Source: Puniceicoccaceae bacterium
GTDB taxonomy: Bacteria; Verrucomicrobiota; Verrucomicrobiia; Opitutales; Oceanipulchritudinaceae
Assembly: GCA_040830765.1 (NCBI GenBank)
Contig: JBFOMH010000008.1
Location: 1 to 49,417, forward strand
Reading direction: 5' to 3'
DNA length: 49,417 nucleotides
How positions within the stretch are numbered: position 1 is the stretch's first letter; the number at the start of each line of letters is the position of its first letter. Under the pieces are notes generated by a model. That model had not been told where the DNA came from and did not search any database. It saw nothing but the letters and a program-made list of their open reading frames with translations. A program made the translations under genes and the position numbers. Below, piece by piece: positions 37,872 through 47,911 of the stretch.

Positions 37872-39383
37872 ATGGAGATGACAATGAGCAAGCAATTTGC
37901 AGACAAGGAAATCTGGCTGGTCACGGGCAGCCAGCATTTGTACGGGCCGGAGACCCTTGAACAGGTCAAGGCGGATTCCAAGGCGGTAGCGGCAGCCCTT
38001 AACGAGGCAATGCCGGTTAACCTGCGCTTCAAGGCACTGGTTACAACGCCGGAGGAAATCCTCGCGACCTGCCTCGAGGCCAATAACACGCCCGGTTGCA
38101 TCGGACTGGTTTTCTGGATGCACACATTTTCCCCGGCGAAGATGTGGATTCGCGGCCTGAACGCGCTTTCCAAACCCTTCTGCCACCTGCACACCCAGAT
38201 GGCCCGGGATATTCCATGGTCGACCATCGACATGGACTACATGAACCTGCACCAGTCGGCCCACGGGGGACGGGAATTCGGGCACATTTGTGCGCGTTTG
38301 CAAAAGGAACGGAAGGTCATCGTCGGCCATTGGGAGAATCCCTCTGTCCAGAGGCAGTTGGCCAAGTGGTCCCGGGTGGCTGTGGCCTGGGAGGAGAGCC
38401 GGCAGTTGAAAGTTGTCCGCTTCGGCGACAATATGCGCCAGGTGGCGGTCACGGACGGCGACAAGGTCGAGGCAGAGTCCGTGTTCGGTTATTCGGTGAA
38501 CACCCATGGTGTCGGCGACCTGGTAGCGGTCATTGATCAGCTTACTGATGCGGAGGTCGACCAACTGTGCGGAGAGTACGAAGAAGCCTACACACTGGAT
38601 GCCGCCCTTTCAAAGGGGGGTCCCCAACACCAGTCGCTGCGGGATGCCGCCCGCATCGAACTGGGCCTGCGGGCGTTCCTCACCGAAGGTGGATTTAGTG
38701 CCTTCACCGACACCTTCGAGGACCTGCATGGCATGGTCCAATTACCGGGTCTGCCTGTCCAGCGCCTGATGGCCGACGGCTTCGGATTTGCCGGTGAGGG
38801 GGACTGGAAAACAGCGGCCCTTGTCCGAACCATGAAGGTGATGGCTTCCGGCATCGATCAGGGAACCTCGTTCATGGAGGACTACACTTACCACTTCCAT
38901 CCTGAGGGGAACCGTTGCCTGGGGGCCCATATGCTGGAAATTTGCCCCTCAATCGCAGACGGAAAGCCGTCCTGTGAAATCCACCCGCTCGGGATCGGGG
39001 GCAAAGCCGATCCGGTCCGCCTTGTTTTCAATGGGAAGTCGGGACCCGCCATCAATGCCACCGTGGTGGACATGGCCAATCGTTTTCGTCTGGTCGTCAA
39101 CAAGGTGGAGGCAATGCCACCCGAAGAAGAGCTCCCGAAGCTGCCCGTGGCCCGCGTCCTCTGGGAAGTCAAACCCAGTCTTGAGGTCGGGGCTGCAGCC
39201 TGGATCCAGGCCGGAGGAGCCCACCATACCGGTTTCAGCTACACCGTCGATGCGGATGACATGGAAACCTTCGCGGCAATGGCCGGCATCGAGTTCCTGG
39301 TTATTGACGAGGAAACAAAACTGCGTGCCTTCCAAAATGAAATACGCTGGAACAATGCCGCCTATGGCATTAAAAGCCTCTGA
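37872..39383 (+). CDS. araA: L-arabinose isomerase
   Basis: [54 protein letters not shown] and GGAHH. Confidence 0.96.
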   Translation: MEMTMSKQFADKEIWLVTGSQHLYGPETLEQVKADSKAVAAALNEAMPVNLRFKALVTTPEEILATCLEANNTPGCIGLVFWMHTFSPAKMWIRGLNALSKPFCHLHTQMARDIPWSTIDMDYMNLHQSAHGGREFGHICARLQKERKVIVGHWENPSVQRQLAKWSRVAVAWEESRQLKVVRFGDNMRQVAVTDGDKVEAESVFGYSVNTHGVGDLVAVIDQLTDAEVDQLCGEYEEAYTLDAALSKGGPQHQSLRDAARIELGLRAFLTEGGFSAFTDTFEDLHGMVQLPGLPVQRLMADGFGFAGEGDWKTAALVRTMKVMASGIDQGTSFMEDYTYHFHPEGNRCLGAHMLEICPSIADGKPSCEIHPLGIGGKADPVRLVFNGKSGPAINATVVDMANRFRLVVNKVEAMPPEEELPKLPVARVLWEVKPSLEVGAAAWIQAGGAHHTGFSYTVDADDMETFAAMAGIEFLVIDEETKLRAFQNEIRWNNAAYGIKSL

Positions 39384-39388
39384 GCATC

Positions 39389-40090
39389 ATGAACTATCTT
39401 GATATCCGAACTGAGTGTGTCGCGGCCAACAAGGCCTTGCAGGCCGCCGGCCTGATCGACTTGACCTTTGGCAATGCCAGCGTCCTTGATGCTGCGGAAA
39501 AGGTTTTCGCCATCAAGCCCAGTGGCGTGCCCTATGAAGAGCTGGTTCCTGAAAGCATGGTCATCGTCTCCCTCGACGGGACCATTGTTGAAGGCGACCT
39601 GCGGCCCTCATCGGATGAGCCGACCCACCGGCGGCTCCTGCAAGCCTTCATGGACAGGGGTATCCGGTCGGTGGTCCACACGCACTCGCGTAACGCGGTT
39701 GCCTTCGCCCAGGCGGAGCAGTCCATCCCCTGCCTTGGAACAACCCATGCCGACTACTTCAACGGATCCGTCCCCGTGACGCGGGAAATGCGGCCGGATG
39801 AAGTCAACCGCGGTTATGAATGGGAGACCGGCAATGTCATTGTGGAGACCCTTGGAAAAACGGACCCGAACGAGATATCGGCCGCCCTTGTGCGCAGTCA
39901 CGGTCCCTTTGTCTGGGGCTCAAGCGGCCCCAAGGCTGTTGAAATTGCCATAGCACTGGAGGCCATTGCGGACATGGCGGTGAAGACGCTGTCCCTGAAG
40001 CCAAAGGCGTCGGGTGCTCCGGATCACATCCGCAAGAAGCATTTCCTCCGCAAGCATGGGGCGGAAGCCTATTATGGGCAGCCCAAGTGA
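39389..40090 (+). CDS. araD: L-ribulose-5-phosphate 4-epimerase
   Basis: TFGNAS, IKPSG, PSSD..TH, HTHS, GTTHADYF and KHFLRKHG..AYYGQ. Confidence 0.94.
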   Translation: MNYLDIRTECVAANKALQAAGLIDLTFGNASVLDAAEKVFAIKPSGVPYEELVPESMVIVSLDGTIVEGDLRPSSDEPTHRRLLQAFMDRGIRSVVHTHSRNAVAFAQAEQSIPCLGTTHADYFNGSVPVTREMRPDEVNRGYEWETGNVIVETLGKTDPNEISAALVRSHGPFVWGSSGPKAVEIAIALEAIADMAVKTLSLKPKASGAPDHIRKKHFLRKHGAEAYYGQPK

Positions 40091-40155
40091 TTTGGCTGAA
40101 AAATTAGACTGCCCCCAGGGGTTGAAACCGGAGACATATTGGATATGTCCTTTGG

Positions 40156-40407
40156 ATGCCTTCCGATGCAAAGGAATCCAATCCCTCCCGCAACCGCTTC
40201 ATGGAGTGGCTTTGCGAATGCCTGCCCAATTGCGACAACGCGATGGAACTGGTGGAGACCGGAATTGAACGGGATTTGACGGCCATCGAGAAGGTCCGGC
40301 TGAAATACAACAGCCGCCTCTGCCCGTTTTGCGCGTGTGCCACCGGCAAGTTCGAGAGCGCCAAGGCCCGTATGGAGGAGGCCCAGGTAAAACGCCGGTC
40401 GGTCTGA
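40156..40407 (+). CDS. Small Cys-rich protein resembling a zinc-binding anti-sigma (zf-HC2) domain
   Basis: C.....LVE...ERDLT..EKVRLKYN..LCPFC pattern; fills the gap between araD and the convergent MFS gene. Confidence 0.55.
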   Translation: MPSDAKESNPSRNRFMEWLCECLPNCDNAMELVETGIERDLTAIEKVRLKYNSRLCPFCACATGKFESAKARMEEAQVKRRSV

Positions 40408-40418
40408 GGGAGGCCTGC

Positions 40419-42242
40419 TCAGGCCATTCGGGCTGGCAAATCCCGGACGGCGTCCTCAAGCTCCGGAACACTTGAGGTCGGCACCATCGGCTCACCGAAA
40501 TAGATGCCCACAGGATGCCGGAAATCCTTCAACACCCGCAACTGTGGCTCCCCTTCGCGGTGACTGGAGACACTTCCCCAGGCGCCATCAATATTCACCG
40601 GGATAATGGGATAATTGCTTCCTTTGACGATGCGGGTGAACCCGGGCCGGAAGGGTTGCTGTTCCCCGGAGCGGGACAACCCGCCCTCGGCAAAGATACA
40701 GACCAGGAATCCGTCATCGAGGGCCTTTCTAGCCCCTTGCAATGACCTCAGCAACTGCTTGGGGCCGTCGGAATCCTGGATGAGGATAACCCCGGCGAGT
40801 CGGACAATCCATCGGATGAAGGCATTCGCCTGATCGTAGTAGTCACGCGACATGAGCATCCGGATTCGCCGCTGCTGGCTGCTGATGACCAGTACCGCAT
40901 CCATCAGGGAAACATGGTTGCAGACCAGCAAGGCCGCCTCGCCATGGGGCAGGTTGTGAATGCCCCGGACTCGCATGCGGTAAATGGCCCGCGTCAGCAC
41001 CATGACGATGAATTTCACCAGGAAGTCCGGCAGCACCAGCATGGCCACAATGGTCAGGACTAACAGAAGGACCGCCTGGAAAAGAAATCCTTCCTGGGCA
41101 TTCCACCCGAGGACGGCTGAATTAAACTTCAGGACAATGCCGGCAAGGAGGATACCCACCCACGACAGCCAGCCGCTGGCCGCCTTGATGGAGCCCACCT
41201 CGTCCTTCGGGCTCCGGTATTGGATAAAGGCCTCCAGCGGAACCACGAAAAAGCCTGCCCCGACACCGAGGACCAGCATACAGGCGGCCACCGGCAGATA
41301 AGCCCCCTGCTCCACTGTCCCGAGGACAAAGTAGGAACAGAACATCATCGCGGAGCCAATGGGAACGATCCCGAACTCAATGGAGCGGCCACTGAGCCAT
41401 CCGGCAAAAACCGAACCGGCCCCGATGCCGATGGCGGTGAGCAGAAAGAGCCGGGTTGATTGCTCGGGCTGCAAGGCAAGGTGTTCATCCCCATAGACGA
41501 GGACGTTCAACTGGGCGAAGGCCGCCGTGAACATGAAGACGCTTGCGGCCAAAACTGCCAGGGTAAGGAACCCATCCTTGCGGATGTCGCGAATCGTCCG
41601 GATAAGATTGATAAAGCCATTGAAACTGATCTTGCGGTGCGGGTGGGCTGGTGAGCTCTCGATTTTCAAGGAGGCGGCAAAGCCGGCCATCGCCACCAGC
41701 AGGCAGGACAGAGCCGCCAGATGGTACTTACCCTCGAGCAGCAGGCTGAGCTCCGGCGCAATGACGGTCCCGGCAATCATCGCCAGAAAAGTAAACATCT
41801 GCAGCATCCCATTGGCCCGCGAAAGGCGTTCGGCCGGAACCTGTTCTGGAATGATGCCATACTTGCAGGGCCCGAAAATGGCACTCTGGGCGGACATCAG
41901 GAATATCGTCACGTAGAGCATGGCCGTGCTGCCAATCGTCAGGGCAAAGATACCGGTGCCCATGACGAGGATCTCCATCAGCTTCATGCGGACGATGATC
42001 TGCCGCTTGCTGAAGTGGTCGGCAAAGCTACCCGCCACCGGAAGGATGAGGAGAAATGGCAGAGCGAAGGCCAGACTGACCGACATCAGGATGCTCTCCT
42101 CGCCAATGGTCCCCCCGTGCCAGTTGATGAGGGCGTAAATCATGAACAACTTGAACAGGTTGTCATTGAGGGCACCTCCCATCTGGGTCAGGTTTGCCCA
42201 CCAGAAGGTGCGGGGAAGGGGCAACTTGGCAGTGGATTCCAT
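40419..42242 (-). CDS. MFS lysophospholipid transporter (LplT-like) fused to a PlsC-type acyltransferase
   Basis: GALNDNLFK and FGPCKYGIIPE in a 12-TM MFS domain, followed by NHVSLMD and FAEGGLSR. Confidence 0.88.
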   Translation of the reverse strand: MESTAKLPLPRTFWWANLTQMGGALNDNLFKLFMIYALINWHGGTIGEESILMSVSLAFALPFLLILPVAGSFADHFSKRQIIVRMKLMEILVMGTGIFALTIGSTAMLYVTIFLMSAQSAIFGPCKYGIIPEQVPAERLSRANGMLQMFTFLAMIAGTVIAPELSLLLEGKYHLAALSCLLVAMAGFAASLKIESSPAHPHRKISFNGFINLIRTIRDIRKDGFLTLAVLAASVFMFTAAFAQLNVLVYGDEHLALQPEQSTRLFLLTAIGIGAGSVFAGWLSGRSIEFGIVPIGSAMMFCSYFVLGTVEQGAYLPVAACMLVLGVGAGFFVVPLEAFIQYRSPKDEVGSIKAASGWLSWVGILLAGIVLKFNSAVLGWNAQEGFLFQAVLLLVLTIVAMLVLPDFLVKFIVMVLTRAIYRMRVRGIHNLPHGEAALLVCNHVSLMDAVLVISSQQRRIRMLMSRDYYDQANAFIRWIVRLAGVILIQDSDGPKQLLRSLQGARKALDDGFLVCIFAEGGLSRSGEQQPFRPGFTRIVKGSNYPIIPVNIDGAWGSVSSHREGEPQLRVLKDFRHPVGIYFGEPMVPTSSVPELEDAVRDLPARMA

Positions 42243-42390
42243 AGCGTTGGCGATGCCGGACGGTGGCTTTCGCGGATATCAAAACTAGGCTGTTCCCCAG
42301 GCAAGACAAGCGCTAAGCAGTCCCACCATCGTTGACCTATCGCCCGAAGAGTCTCGTCAGGAGAGAGGAACTTCCTCTATAAATCCTCTC

Positions 42391-42885
42391 GTGAAGAAGC
42401 TGCACTTGATCCGACATGCCAAATCCAGCTGGAACCATCCGGGCCTTGGGGATGTAGAACGTCCCCTCAACGAACGGGGAATCCGCGCTTGTGCCCGCAT
42501 GGCCCGCCCCATCATGGAGGCTGGTTGCCGGTTTGAGCATGTATTTTGCAGCGTCGCCACGCGGGCCCAGTTGACCATTGAGGGCATCGCCGCCTCCCTT
42601 CCCGAGCTGGACATTAACTGGCGGATTGATGAATCACTCTACACCTTCAGTGCCCGCGACCTCTTGAACTGGGTCCATCGGCTCGATGAATCCCTCGATG
42701 AGGTCATCATGGTGGGCCATAATCCCGCCATGACGGAATTTAGTAACGCCATGGGCAACGGTTCCATTAGCAACATGCCCACCTGCGGCTATGCCCAACT
42801 GCAATTTCCCGTCGGAAGATGGGAGGAAGTCGGGCCCGGAACCGGCACACTGGAAAAATTCCTCGCGCCCAAGTTGCTGAAATAA
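42391..42885 (+). CDS. SixA-like histidine phosphatase
   Basis: LIRHAKSSW...D.ERPLNERG, S.A.RA..T and VGHNP. Confidence 0.85.
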   Translation: MKKLHLIRHAKSSWNHPGLGDVERPLNERGIRACARMARPIMEAGCRFEHVFCSVATRAQLTIEGIAASLPELDINWRIDESLYTFSARDLLNWVHRLDESLDEVIMVGHNPAMTEFSNAMGNGSISNMPTCGYAQLQFPVGRWEEVGPGTGTLEKFLAPKLLK

Positions 42886-42908
42886 TCTCTGTCCGGCAGC
42901 GGTCCGGC

Positions 42909-43970
42909 TCAGTCGAGCGGCTTCACCCAGACATTCCGGAAACGGATGGGGTGTCCGTGGTCCTGAAGGATAATCGGTGCCGGTTCCCGGGGCGGTGATC
43001 CCAGGCGCACATCGGTGTAGTAGTAGGTCACCTCGAAGAGTTCCTGCTGATTATGGATCAAGCGCCCGTTGTGCAGGACCGTCATGACGGCATTCTTCAC
43101 CAGGACGCCATCGGCATCGAATTCCGGCGCATGGAGGGTGATGTCATAGGTCTGCCACTGGCCCGGTGGCGCACAGCGGTTGACCTTCGGGGGAGCCACC
43201 TTGTAAAGGGCGCCACACTCGGTCCAGTCGCCGACCAGGCCGTAGCTGTCGAGGATTTGCACCTCGTAGATCCCTTGTAGGAAGACTCCACTGTTGGCCC
43301 TGCCCTGGCCCCGGTTATCCGGCTCGTAGGGCAGAAGAAACTCGATGTGCATTTCGCAACTGGCAAAGGAATCACGAGTCTGTAAATCCCCCCCGGCGCT
43401 CTTGTCGATCTTGGCCGGCAGGACCTCCATCACCCCGTCGACAATTTTCCAGGTGGCATCCCTGCTCTCCCTGGTTGTCCCATCAACATGCTCCCACGCG
43501 TCAAGGGAGTTGCCATCGAAGAGGACCACCGCACCTTCTGGTGGCTCACGCCCCATCGTTGCGGACTCATGGATGAACTTGACCAGGGCAAACTTCGTTG
43601 GTTCATCCGACTTGTAGATGCCCGCACCGGTAATCGATGAGTCGGTCACCTGGCATTGGAAGGTGTCTGTCTCGATAACAATGGCACCATCCTTATGGGT
43701 TCCTGTTGCCTCGAAAATAATGTCCGCCCGCCGTTGGAATTCCTCCCGGAAAATGACCCGGTACTGGTCCTCTCCCACCCCGACGACCTGTGCCGTCAAC
43801 TGCGGGCTGCGCTTGTGGTAACCGGCCTCGGGATTGACCCAGCCGCCTCGCCAGTCACCGACAAAGGCTGGAACCGCCTCCTCGGCAAAGACTGGTCCAC
43901 CAGCAAGAAAGCCAGCCATAGCGGGGACGCCAACAAGGAAAAATTTGAGGATAAGTATGTGGTTTTTCAT
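42909..43970 (-). CDS. DUF1080 (3-ketoglycoside lyase/hydratase-like) secreted protein
   Basis: Signal peptide, then LFDG..L..W, GRANSGVFLQG.YEVQILDS and LQDHG...FRNVW. Confidence 0.88.
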   Translation of the reverse strand: MKNHILILKFFLVGVPAMAGFLAGGPVFAEEAVPAFVGDWRGGWVNPEAGYHKRSPQLTAQVVGVGEDQYRVIFREEFQRRADIIFEATGTHKDGAIVIETDTFQCQVTDSSITGAGIYKSDEPTKFALVKFIHESATMGREPPEGAVVLFDGNSLDAWEHVDGTTRESRDATWKIVDGVMEVLPAKIDKSAGGDLQTRDSFASCEMHIEFLLPYEPDNRGQGRANSGVFLQGIYEVQILDSYGLVGDWTECGALYKVAPPKVNRCAPPGQWQTYDITLHAPEFDADGVLVKNAVMTVLHNGRLIHNQQELFEVTYYYTDVRLGSPPREPAPIILQDHGHPIRFRNVWVKPLD

Positions 43971-44929
43971 CAGGCAGTGTAGCTTTTCCCCACTTTTTCC
44001 AGCAGGGCTTTGGTTTTACGAACACCAGTAAATTCATCGTCCACGGAACCTTCGTACTCAATGCCAACATAGCCATCATACCCGGCATCTAGGACAATCT
44101 TCATCATGCGGTAAAAGTCGGTATGGATCTCGTTACCCGCATCGTCGAAATCATGCGACTTGGCGCTGACCGCCTTGGCAAACGGCATCAGCTCGGCAAC
44201 CCCCTTGTAACGATCATATTCCTCATGGCACATCCGCTTCCCCTCCGCATCCTTTCCCCGCTTGATGCAGAAGTTGCCGAAGTCGGGCAGGGTCCCGCAA
44301 TTGTCCATGCCAACCTGGGCGATGACATTGGCTAACCAGGCACCGTCGGAGGAGAAGCCTCCGTGATTCTCGACAATGACATTCAGGCCCGACTTTCCGG
44401 CATACTCACTCAGCCGTCCCAATCCATCCACAACGGTCGGGGCCAGCGTCTTCCGGTCGCCGGGTCCGCCAGCATTGACCCGGATGGAGTGGCAGCCAAG
44501 GATTGCGGCCGCATTGACCCACTTGTAGTGATTCTCAACTACACGCTTCCGGGCTGCCTCATCTGCTTCACCAAGATTCCCCTCACCATCGACCATGATG
44601 ATCAGGCTCGTTACCCCGTAGTCCGAGGCCCGCTTTTCCAGATCATTGAAAAACGCCTCATCAGTGCCCCATTCCCTGTAGAACTGGTTGACATATTCCA
44701 CTGCGGAAATGTCGAACGACTCCTTGGCCAGGCGCGGAAAGTCCACCGGATCAATTGTCCCGCCTCGAAGGGCGCGGTGGATTGACCACTGGGCGAGGGA
44801 TATCTTGAACGGCAAGGAATCTGAACCACAACAGCTATGGGCCCAGGCGCGGGGCCCGGCGAGGCCGAGGCCCAGGGCGATGGACGTGGTCGTACGGATG
44901 AAGGAGCGACGCGTCTGGGGTTGTTTCAT
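43970..44929 (-). CDS. Tat-exported sugar phosphate isomerase/epimerase family protein
   Basis: TRRSFI signal, then ISLAQWS, VENHGG, LPDFGNF and GIEYEG. Confidence 0.88.
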   Translation of the reverse strand: MKQPQTRRSFIRTTTSIALGLGLAGPRAWAHSCCGSDSLPFKISLAQWSIHRALRGGTIDPVDFPRLAKESFDISAVEYVNQFYREWGTDEAFFNDLEKRASDYGVTSLIIMVDGEGNLGEADEAARKRVVENHYKWVNAAAILGCHSIRVNAGGPGDRKTLAPTVVDGLGRLSEYAGKSGLNVIVENHGGFSSDGAWLANVIAQVGMDNCGTLPDFGNFCIKRGKDAEGKRMCHEEYDRYKGVAELMPFAKAVSAKSHDFDDAGNEIHTDFYRMMKIVLDAGYDGYVGIEYEGSVDDEFTGVRKTKALLEKVGKSYTA

Positions 44930-44955
44930 GATCTGTCCGGGTTGTGGTAATGGCC

Positions 44956-46401
44956 TCAGGATAAGATCCAGCCGTCGGGATAGTCTTTCTTGAGGAAACG
45001 GTTGGCTTCATCATCACCGATGAAACTGCGGCTGGTCGCATCAAATTTGAGCGGCCGGCCGGCCCGGATAGCGGCTGCTCCGATAAGAACCGTCTCGGTC
45101 ATCGGACCGGCATAGGAGAAATCGGACGTCGCCTTGCGGTTTTCCCGGATGGCGTTGGTCCACTCCGTAAAGTGGTCTCCCTTGATGCGCCTCAATGTCT
45201 TGGGCGGAAGAGACGGTCGTGCTTCCATGAATTTTTCCCGCGGCAGCATGCGCACGCTGCTGGAATAGGTATCGATGAGCAGGGCTGCTCCCTCCCCGAC
45301 GATAAGTGTCCCGTTGGTCTGGATGGAGTCCCCACGGAAGGGATCCGCCTCTTTCATGAACGCTGGTACAGGTGGGTACAATCCACCGGAATACCAATGG
45401 TAGGCCAGTTCAGGGAAAGCGCCCCGGGAAGGGAACTGGTAGGTCACTGCGGTCTGCTTGGGGTAGGTGTACCCATTCATGGCCGTAGTGGCGGCAGAGA
45501 CCCCGAGGGGATAGCCAAGGTCAAGGCCCCAGATGGCAGCATCCATGATGTGGCAACCCATGTCCCCGAGAGCGCCGCAGCCAAAGTCGGTATATGCGCG
45601 CCAGTCGAAAGGCAGATATGCGGGATCATAAGCGCGCTCTGCAGCGACTCCCAGCCACAATTTCCAATCGAGGCTTTCGGGAATAGGAGGCGCTCCGGCG
45701 GAATGATCCGGCTGCGGAAGGCCTTGCTCCCAATAGGCGGCCGGGCGGTTGGTCCAAGAATGCACCTCGCGCACTTCACCGATGACACCGGCGGCAATCC
45801 ACTCCTTGACCAACCGGGCGCCTCCGTTGGAGTGCCCCTGGTTGCCCATTTGGGTCACCACCCCTGCCTTTTCGGCAGCTTCCCGCATCAGCTGGGCCTC
45901 TTCAACGGTATGCGCCATGGGCTTTTCCACATAGACATGTTTGCCCCGGTTGATGGCCGACATGGCAATTGGGAAGTGCATGTGGTCAGGTGTCGTAACC
46001 ACCACCGCGTCTATCTTGTCCCCCATCTCATCAAGCATCACCCGGTAGTCGCTAAACCAGCGGGCCCCCTTTTGCTCAAATGTGCTCAGGGCATCATTGA
46101 ATTTGCTGCTGTCTTTCTTTTTCCCTTCGGAAGGCCCATCATAATAGCGCTCGTTGTTCACATGGCCCATGTCCACGTCACAAAGCGCGACCACGTTCTC
46201 CGCCAAGGCACTGACGCAATGGGTCTTGGCCTTGCCGGCAACCCCGACCAGGGCCAGGTTCAAGCGGCTGTTTGGCGAAAGGACCTCGGGGGCCTGGCCA
46301 ATGACAAAGCTGGGGAGCGTCATAATTCCGGCGCCAATAGCGGATTGCTTGAGAAAGGATCGGCGGCCCAATCCAGAGGAGGGAGTGTGTTCTTCTACCA
46401 T
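44956..46401 (-). CDS. Tat-exported Gfo/Idh/MocA oxidoreductase
   Basis: GRRSFLK signal, then TPDHMH, KHVYVEKP, QMGNQGHS and GALGDMGCH. Confidence 0.9.
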   Translation of the reverse strand: MVEEHTPSSGLGRRSFLKQSAIGAGIMTLPSFVIGQAPEVLSPNSRLNLALVGVAGKAKTHCVSALAENVVALCDVDMGHVNNERYYDGPSEGKKKDSSKFNDALSTFEQKGARWFSDYRVMLDEMGDKIDAVVVTTPDHMHFPIAMSAINRGKHVYVEKPMAHTVEEAQLMREAAEKAGVVTQMGNQGHSNGGARLVKEWIAAGVIGEVREVHSWTNRPAAYWEQGLPQPDHSAGAPPIPESLDWKLWLGVAAERAYDPAYLPFDWRAYTDFGCGALGDMGCHIMDAAIWGLDLGYPLGVSAATTAMNGYTYPKQTAVTYQFPSRGAFPELAYHWYSGGLYPPVPAFMKEADPFRGDSIQTNGTLIVGEGAALLIDTYSSSVRMLPREKFMEARPSLPPKTLRRIKGDHFTEWTNAIRENRKATSDFSYAGPMTETVLIGAAAIRAGRPLKFDATSRSFIGDDEANRFLKKDYPDGWILS

Positions 46402-46500
46402 GGTCTGTATAAGTGAAAGTCGGCGATTAAAGTATTAAATAAGGATTTATACGGGGCAACACAAGGAATGAAGAACCGGAAAATTTGTACTTTCCTTGGA

Positions 46501-47844
46501 TTAATGGGATATAACCCGCCGCGAAATAAGCATAAACCTACCCACCAGGCCAATCGCGGCAAATCCCAGGCCGACCGCCAGCCCGATCCAGATTCCGACT
46601 GCTGCCATGGGGGTGAGAAAGGCCAGATATGCACCGAGCGGCATCGCCAAGAGCCAGTATGCGGCAAAGATAATACCCGTGGGTATGGTCACGTCCTTAC
46701 ACCCGCGGAGCGCTCCCGCCCCCAGCGCCTGGGTTCCGTCGAAGAACTGGAATATACCTGCCACCACGAGGAGGGAAGCTGCCATCGTCACCGTTTCGGG
46801 ATCGGTCGTGAACAGTCCCGCCAGCTGCCGGTTGAAGACAATAAAGACATAGGTGAAGATCCCGCTCAAAAAGACGGCAAAACCGATTCCCCCAAAGCCG
46901 ACGGTACGGGCCAGGACGGGTTCACCGGCACCGATGACATGCCCCACCCGGATGGAGACGGCGATCGACAGCCCAAGTGGAAACATGAAGGTCGTGGCGG
47001 CACAGGTAATGGCGATTTGGTGGGCTGCCAGCTCCACAACTCCCAACCAGCCCATGAGGAGGATGGCGAAGGAGAAGGCACCCACTTCCATCAGGAGTTG
47101 CATCCCGACCGGGAAACCCAGCCGCAGCATCTCCATGATGTTTCTCCAGGGGATTTTCTTCCACCAAACCACCGGCCAGCAACCGCTAAACCGTTTGTCC
47201 ATCCGCAACCACACGACGAGGAGGACCAGGTTGAATACCCGTGCGATGAGGGTGGCGATGCCCGCCCCATTGAGGCCAAGGGCAGGTGCCCCGAGGTTAC
47301 CGTAAATGAGAATCCAGTTCAGGAAAATGTTCAGGATAACGGCAATGAGACCGGCCCAGAAGGCGATCCAGGGAATGTTCTGGGCCTCCGAATAGTTCCG
47401 GAAGCAGATAATCGCCATCAGAAATGGCAAGCCCAGGGAGAGCAGGAATAGGTATGGCTTGGTCACGGCGATCACCTCAGGCGGCTGGCCGATCCTGTCG
47501 AGCAGGGGGAAGAGGCTCAGGAGGAGCAGCAACATCCCAATTCCACCAACCACCGAAATTGCCAGACCCCGCCGCAGCATCTCCCCCACCACCTGTTTGT
47601 CTCCCGCCCCATGGGCATGGGCCACAAGCACTGCCACCGCGGTCAATAGTCCTACCCCGACAATGAAAACGATATGGAATAAGGAGTGGGCAAAAGCGGA
47701 AGCCGCCAACGGAACTACCCCGACCCGGCCGATCATCAGAGTATCGGCAAGTCCCAGCAGCATCTGGCTGACATGCCCCGCGGCAATCGGAAAGGCCAGC
47801 ACAAGGGTCTTGCTCAGCTCGGTAAAATAGCGGCTTCTACTCAT
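46501..47844 (-). CDS. MATE family efflux transporter
   Basis: LA.PI...Q....LADT.MIGR, GLNGAGIAT, LAAHQIA, and DGTQ....GALRG. Confidence 0.92.
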   Translation of the reverse strand: MSRSRYFTELSKTLVLAFPIAAGHVSQMLLGLADTLMIGRVGVVPLAASAFAHSLFHIVFIVGVGLLTAVAVLVAHAHGAGDKQVVGEMLRRGLAISVVGGIGMLLLLLSLFPLLDRIGQPPEVIAVTKPYLFLLSLGLPFLMAIICFRNYSEAQNIPWIAFWAGLIAVILNIFLNWILIYGNLGAPALGLNGAGIATLIARVFNLVLLVVWLRMDKRFSGCWPVVWWKKIPWRNIMEMLRLGFPVGMQLLMEVGAFSFAILLMGWLGVVELAAHQIAITCAATTFMFPLGLSIAVSIRVGHVIGAGEPVLARTVGFGGIGFAVFLSGIFTYVFIVFNRQLAGLFTTDPETVTMAASLLVVAGIFQFFDGTQALGAGALRGCKDVTIPTGIIFAAYWLLAMPLGAYLAFLTPMAAVGIWIGLAVGLGFAAIGLVGRFMLISRRVISH

Positions 47845-47850
47845 ATTTTC

Positions 47851-47911
47851 ACCACGGAAGACACGGATGCACTGCCATCATTGTTTCGGTGTATTCCGTG
47901 TCTTCCGTGGT
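47851..47911. repeat. REP-like intergenic inverted repeat
   Basis: Perfect 17-bp arms, ACCACGGAAGACACGGA (47851-47867) and TCCGTGTCTTCCGTGGT (47895-47911), separated by 27 bp. Confidence 0.8.
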
